Of a stretch of DNA of 64,000 nt, positions 61,265 to 64,000 are shown in pieces. The stretch spans positions 34,855 to 98,854 of the forward strand of contig JBFGZE010000003.1 of assembly GCA_041586955.1 (NCBI GenBank), given 5' to 3'. A model generated the notes under the pieces. It did not search any database. It saw only the letters and a program-made list of their open reading frames with translations, and was not told where the DNA came from. Position numbers and translations under genes: made by a program. Position 1 is the stretch's first letter; each line of letters opens with the position of its first letter. Origin of the DNA: Bacteriovoracaceae bacterium (GTDB taxonomy: Bacteria; Bdellovibrionota; Bacteriovoracia; Bacteriovoracales; Bacteriovoracaceae).

Positions 61265-62449
61265 TTAAAGCTTGGAAGCCGTGCTATATGGGTTCATCAA
61301 TCTTGGTAAAAACTTCGGATTGATAATAGTGGGTCTAGAATTCATAATACCTTCCTCCCATGGTTTCATATTACCATAAGTAAAATCCTCACTATCGTTC
61401 TTACAAGGCCTTCCTTCGCATTTCTTCTTTGGTTCGGTTTTAGGTTTCTTCTCTGGTTCGTGCCCAGGTTCAGTCTCAGGCTTAGTCTCAGGCCTAGTCT
61501 CAGGCTTAGTCTCAGGCTTAGTCTCAGGCTTAGTCTCAGGCTTCTCCTCAGGTTTCTCCTCAGGTTTAGTCTCAGGCCTGGCATCAGGTTTCGTCTCTGG
61601 CATCGTATCCGGTACACCTTCTGGCCTCGACCGAGGCGAATTTGCAGGTATACAGGATACACCACAACTAATTCCACCGGTAATAATAGCTCCACCCACA
61701 GCAGTCCCAGTTCCTCCAGATAATACGATTATCCCTCCTCCAATACCAACAATCCCCAAGCAGCGAACCAAACATTCCTTAGTTTCACCACGTGTACTCG
61801 CAAAACGATTCTCGAGGTTACCGAAGATGGGCCGGACTCCACGGTTTGGCCTAAGACTTTCTCCCAGACCTCTAGTCCGGCGAGGTTCTTCTTTCTTCCC
61901 AAAACCCTCAGATCTATTGTCACCTTTGAGAATTACTCCTCGCCTCATAAAGTCCAATAATTGATTATCCCTGTCACCAAAACCACGTTCACCAGCAAGT
62001 AATTTTAAACGTGGCCCGATATCCCCCTTATCAGAAAACTCCTGCGGAAGATTTAATTTTTGCCGAAGGAAATTGCCTATATTAGGATTTAAATCGTTAA
62101 TAATTGGTCCAAATAAGGCAGCAGAACGATATTCCCCTTTTGAAATAAATTCATCCATCAATAGAAGTAATGGCCTTACAAACCCTTCAAAGGTGCCATA
62201 ATCATTAACATCTGCAATTATATTATTATAAGATTTCTCAGCATTAATTTTGCCTATACTTAATAAGCTTATTAAAACGGCCGATTGCTTGGTACTCTTT
62301 TCTATTAGTGATGGATTTTCTTCGTAATTGAGAGTTTGGTCAATATATTGATTAATTTCCGTAATCAATCCCATTTTTTTTGATTCGGCACCATAGAAAT
62401 GACTCCAGAATAGACAACATAAAATTAATAACACTTTTGAACTTTTCAC
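61265..62449 (-). CDS. Secreted protein with Cys-bracketed Gly-rich hydrophobic segment and PETK repeats
   Basis: Signal peptide; CLVRC-LGIVGIGGG...GGIS-CGVSC; PE(T/E)K tetrapeptide repeats; GGGG RBS + GTG. Confidence 0.75.
   Translation of the reverse strand: MKSSKVLLILCCLFWSHFYGAESKKMGLITEINQYIDQTLNYEENPSLIEKSTKQSAVLISLLSIGKINAEKSYNNIIADVNDYGTFEGFVRPLLLLMDEFISKGEYRSAALFGPIINDLNPNIGNFLRQKLNLPQEFSDKGDIGPRLKLLAGERGFGDRDNQLLDFMRRGVILKGDNRSEGFGKKEEPRRTRGLGESLRPNRGVRPIFGNLENRFASTRGETKECLVRCLGIVGIGGGIIVLSGGTGTAVGGAIITGGISCGVSCIPANSPRSRPEGVPDTMPETKPDARPETKPEEKPEEKPETKPETKPETKPETRPETKPETEPGHEPEKKPKTEPKKKCEGRPCKNDSEDFTYGNMKPWEEGIMNSRPTIINPKFLPRLMNPYSTASKL
61468..61612. repeat. 12-bp coding tandem repeat (about 12 units, consensus TCAGGCTTAGTC)
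   Basis: Directly visible; encodes PETK/PEEK/PDAR. Confidence 0.95.
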
Positions 62450-62852
62450 TCTTTCCCCTTTGGTTTATTTGACAATGAGTCATTAGGTTTTTCATTGCCA
62501 CAAGACCAACCGTCATTGCTATAAGGTCATAAACCAAGAGTCTTGAGAACTGAAGTCAATCTACGATTATGCCAAAACGTCTTTTCAAAAATGAAACACC
62601 TATTGACCACATGACCCATTTCAACTTTAAAGTTTGGTGACTATTGCTCTGAAGATTCTTTACTTTTCTTCCCATCCTATTCTTAATTCTAACCTTTTAT
62701 TGACCGGAAGAAGCTCTATTACAAAAAATAACGACAGAATGCCAATTTATAATAACGCAAATGGCGAGAGCTATTTCATTGGAACTGAACCGGAATGGAT
62801 TCGACTTTCACACAGGTCGCTAGCATTTAAACACCATTGCCTAATACTGTGA

Positions 62853-63599
62853 TTATTTTTTAAAGATTTTAAAGGCCTTCTCCAAATTATTCCAATAACA
62901 AGAATGCCCAAATCCTTTAAACTCGATATTCACAACATCTTGATCTTCCCAGGGGATGCCATGCCTGCCAATGAGACTATCAAAGGTGACACTTTCACCT
63001 AATAAAGAAATAACCTTATCGCTTTTGGAGTACCCACAAAAGAATCGTCCATGAGTTTTATCATAGCATTCTTCCCAGTCTTGATCAGTAGCACTTGCCG
63101 CTCCCCCCAGGAAATAACAATCTTTTATATAAAGATTTGAAAGATCGTTATAAGCAAGCGCATAATGGATAGCGCGGGCCCCCAATGAATGACCGATAAG
63201 ATTAATTGGCATATCATATCTCTTCGAAATTCGCATTAATCTAGTTTTAAGGTTCATACCTAAATTCTCTGCCCTCGATTGCATCCTCTTAAAATGATAA
63301 ATTTCAGTTGCCGCAAAAATGCCGACTTCACCTGCAATGGCCCAGGGATTAATATTTTTTATATGCCGTAGATCTTTTAAATGCCTTAATAAGGCCAATG
63401 CCTGAATTTTAGAAAACTTCCAGCTTCCAGATTTCCAAAAAAGAATGTATATCTTTCCTTTGATGCCAGACATGGCAATTTGCGTACACAATGTTTCATA
63501 TTCAGATTGTGATCCGATTGCTCTGTATCCATGAATGAAGACATTGATTTCGGGAAAACCATCGTCATAAATTAATTTTAATTTTGCCGTTGCACTCAT
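62853..63599 (-). CDS. Alpha/beta hydrolase, DUF726-like
   Basis: 'VFIHGY', nucleophile elbow GHSLG, 'FLGGAA', 'SKSD.V', 'GH..YW'. Confidence 0.75.
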   Translation of the reverse strand: MSATAKLKLIYDDGFPEINVFIHGYRAIGSQSEYETLCTQIAMSGIKGKIYILFWKSGSWKFSKIQALALLRHLKDLRHIKNINPWAIAGEVGIFAATEIYHFKRMQSRAENLGMNLKTRLMRISKRYDMPINLIGHSLGARAIHYALAYNDLSNLYIKDCYFLGGAASATDQDWEECYDKTHGRFFCGYSKSDKVISLLGESVTFDSLIGRHGIPWEDQDVVNIEFKGFGHSCYWNNLEKAFKIFKK

Positions 63600-64000
63600 T
63601 GTCCCTCAATTGTTACCTTATTATAAACGATATACTGCTTTCCTTAACCTAAATTTCATTAACCAAATGCAGTTGTCGACAAATGGCCCTAACTTCCTAT
63701 TATTTTTAGGTATAAATGTAAAATCCCTCTGAAGAAATTGTCTAACTTATTATTAACCTAGCAAACATGATGAATTTGAAACCTATATCGAGTCAAAAGG
63801 TGCAAAACATTGAGCAAATTTAGCTGGTATTTAAGATCTCTTATATCATTTACCTTTTTGAAAAACTTACGAATAGAACAAAAAAACTGAATAATTAGAG
63901 TTTCGCGTATGAATTTTCTACTATCCTAAAATCTAGGAATAATATTTGGTAAGGTAATAGAGCAATGCCAATAATTAGAGAAAACACCATCAACGAAAAG

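Noticed and set aside
61366..61723. ORFs with (SLRL)n repeats; repeat as CRISPR
   Set aside because: Alternative-frame shadows of the 12-bp coding repeat; no spacers or cas genes
62634..62852. 72-aa ORF between accessory genes
   Set aside because: TTG start, no RBS or recognisable motif
63600..64000. AT-rich terminal 400 bp
   Set aside because: No ORF, repeat or RNA structure recognisable; context truncated
1..64000. Many 60-140 aa ORFs antisense to or nested in long genes; mobile elements, tRNA, rRNA
   Set aside because: Nested ORFs lack motifs and RBSs; no transposase, integrase, att/tRNA or rRNA signature was seen by eye

Overview
Chromosomal window of an AT-rich Gram-negative bacterium. 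Gene content and style suggest Bdellovibrionota (Bacteriovoracaceae-like); this is inference, not a database result. The window is dominated by an anaerobic/nitrate-respiration toolkit. One tightly packed 14-gene, ~18 kb minus-strand operon encodes a di-heme cytochrome c, narGHJI, a complete six-gene alternative complex III (actA-F), two NarK transporters (one fused to a DoxX domain) and a hemerythrin. Also present are feoAB, a stand-alone nuoBCDI, tatA plus a Moco biosynthesis operon with a Moco-riboswitch-like leader, nnrS-hemN-decarboxylase, class III RNR (nrdGD) divergent from an orphan nrdB with tandem NrdR-like boxes, modABC, sulP and a second hemerythrin. A 14-bp Crp/Fnr-type palindrome (VTGAY-N4-RTCAB) sits 28.5-29.5 bp from a -10 hexamer at six of these promoters. 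Reading outside the ORF track also revealed a 53-aa secreted Gly-rich peptide gene translationally coupled to an XRE-HTH regulator, near a pair of perfect GGGACATGTCCC palindromes: a candidate peptide-signalling module. No tRNA/rRNA, CRISPR array or mobile element was seen.
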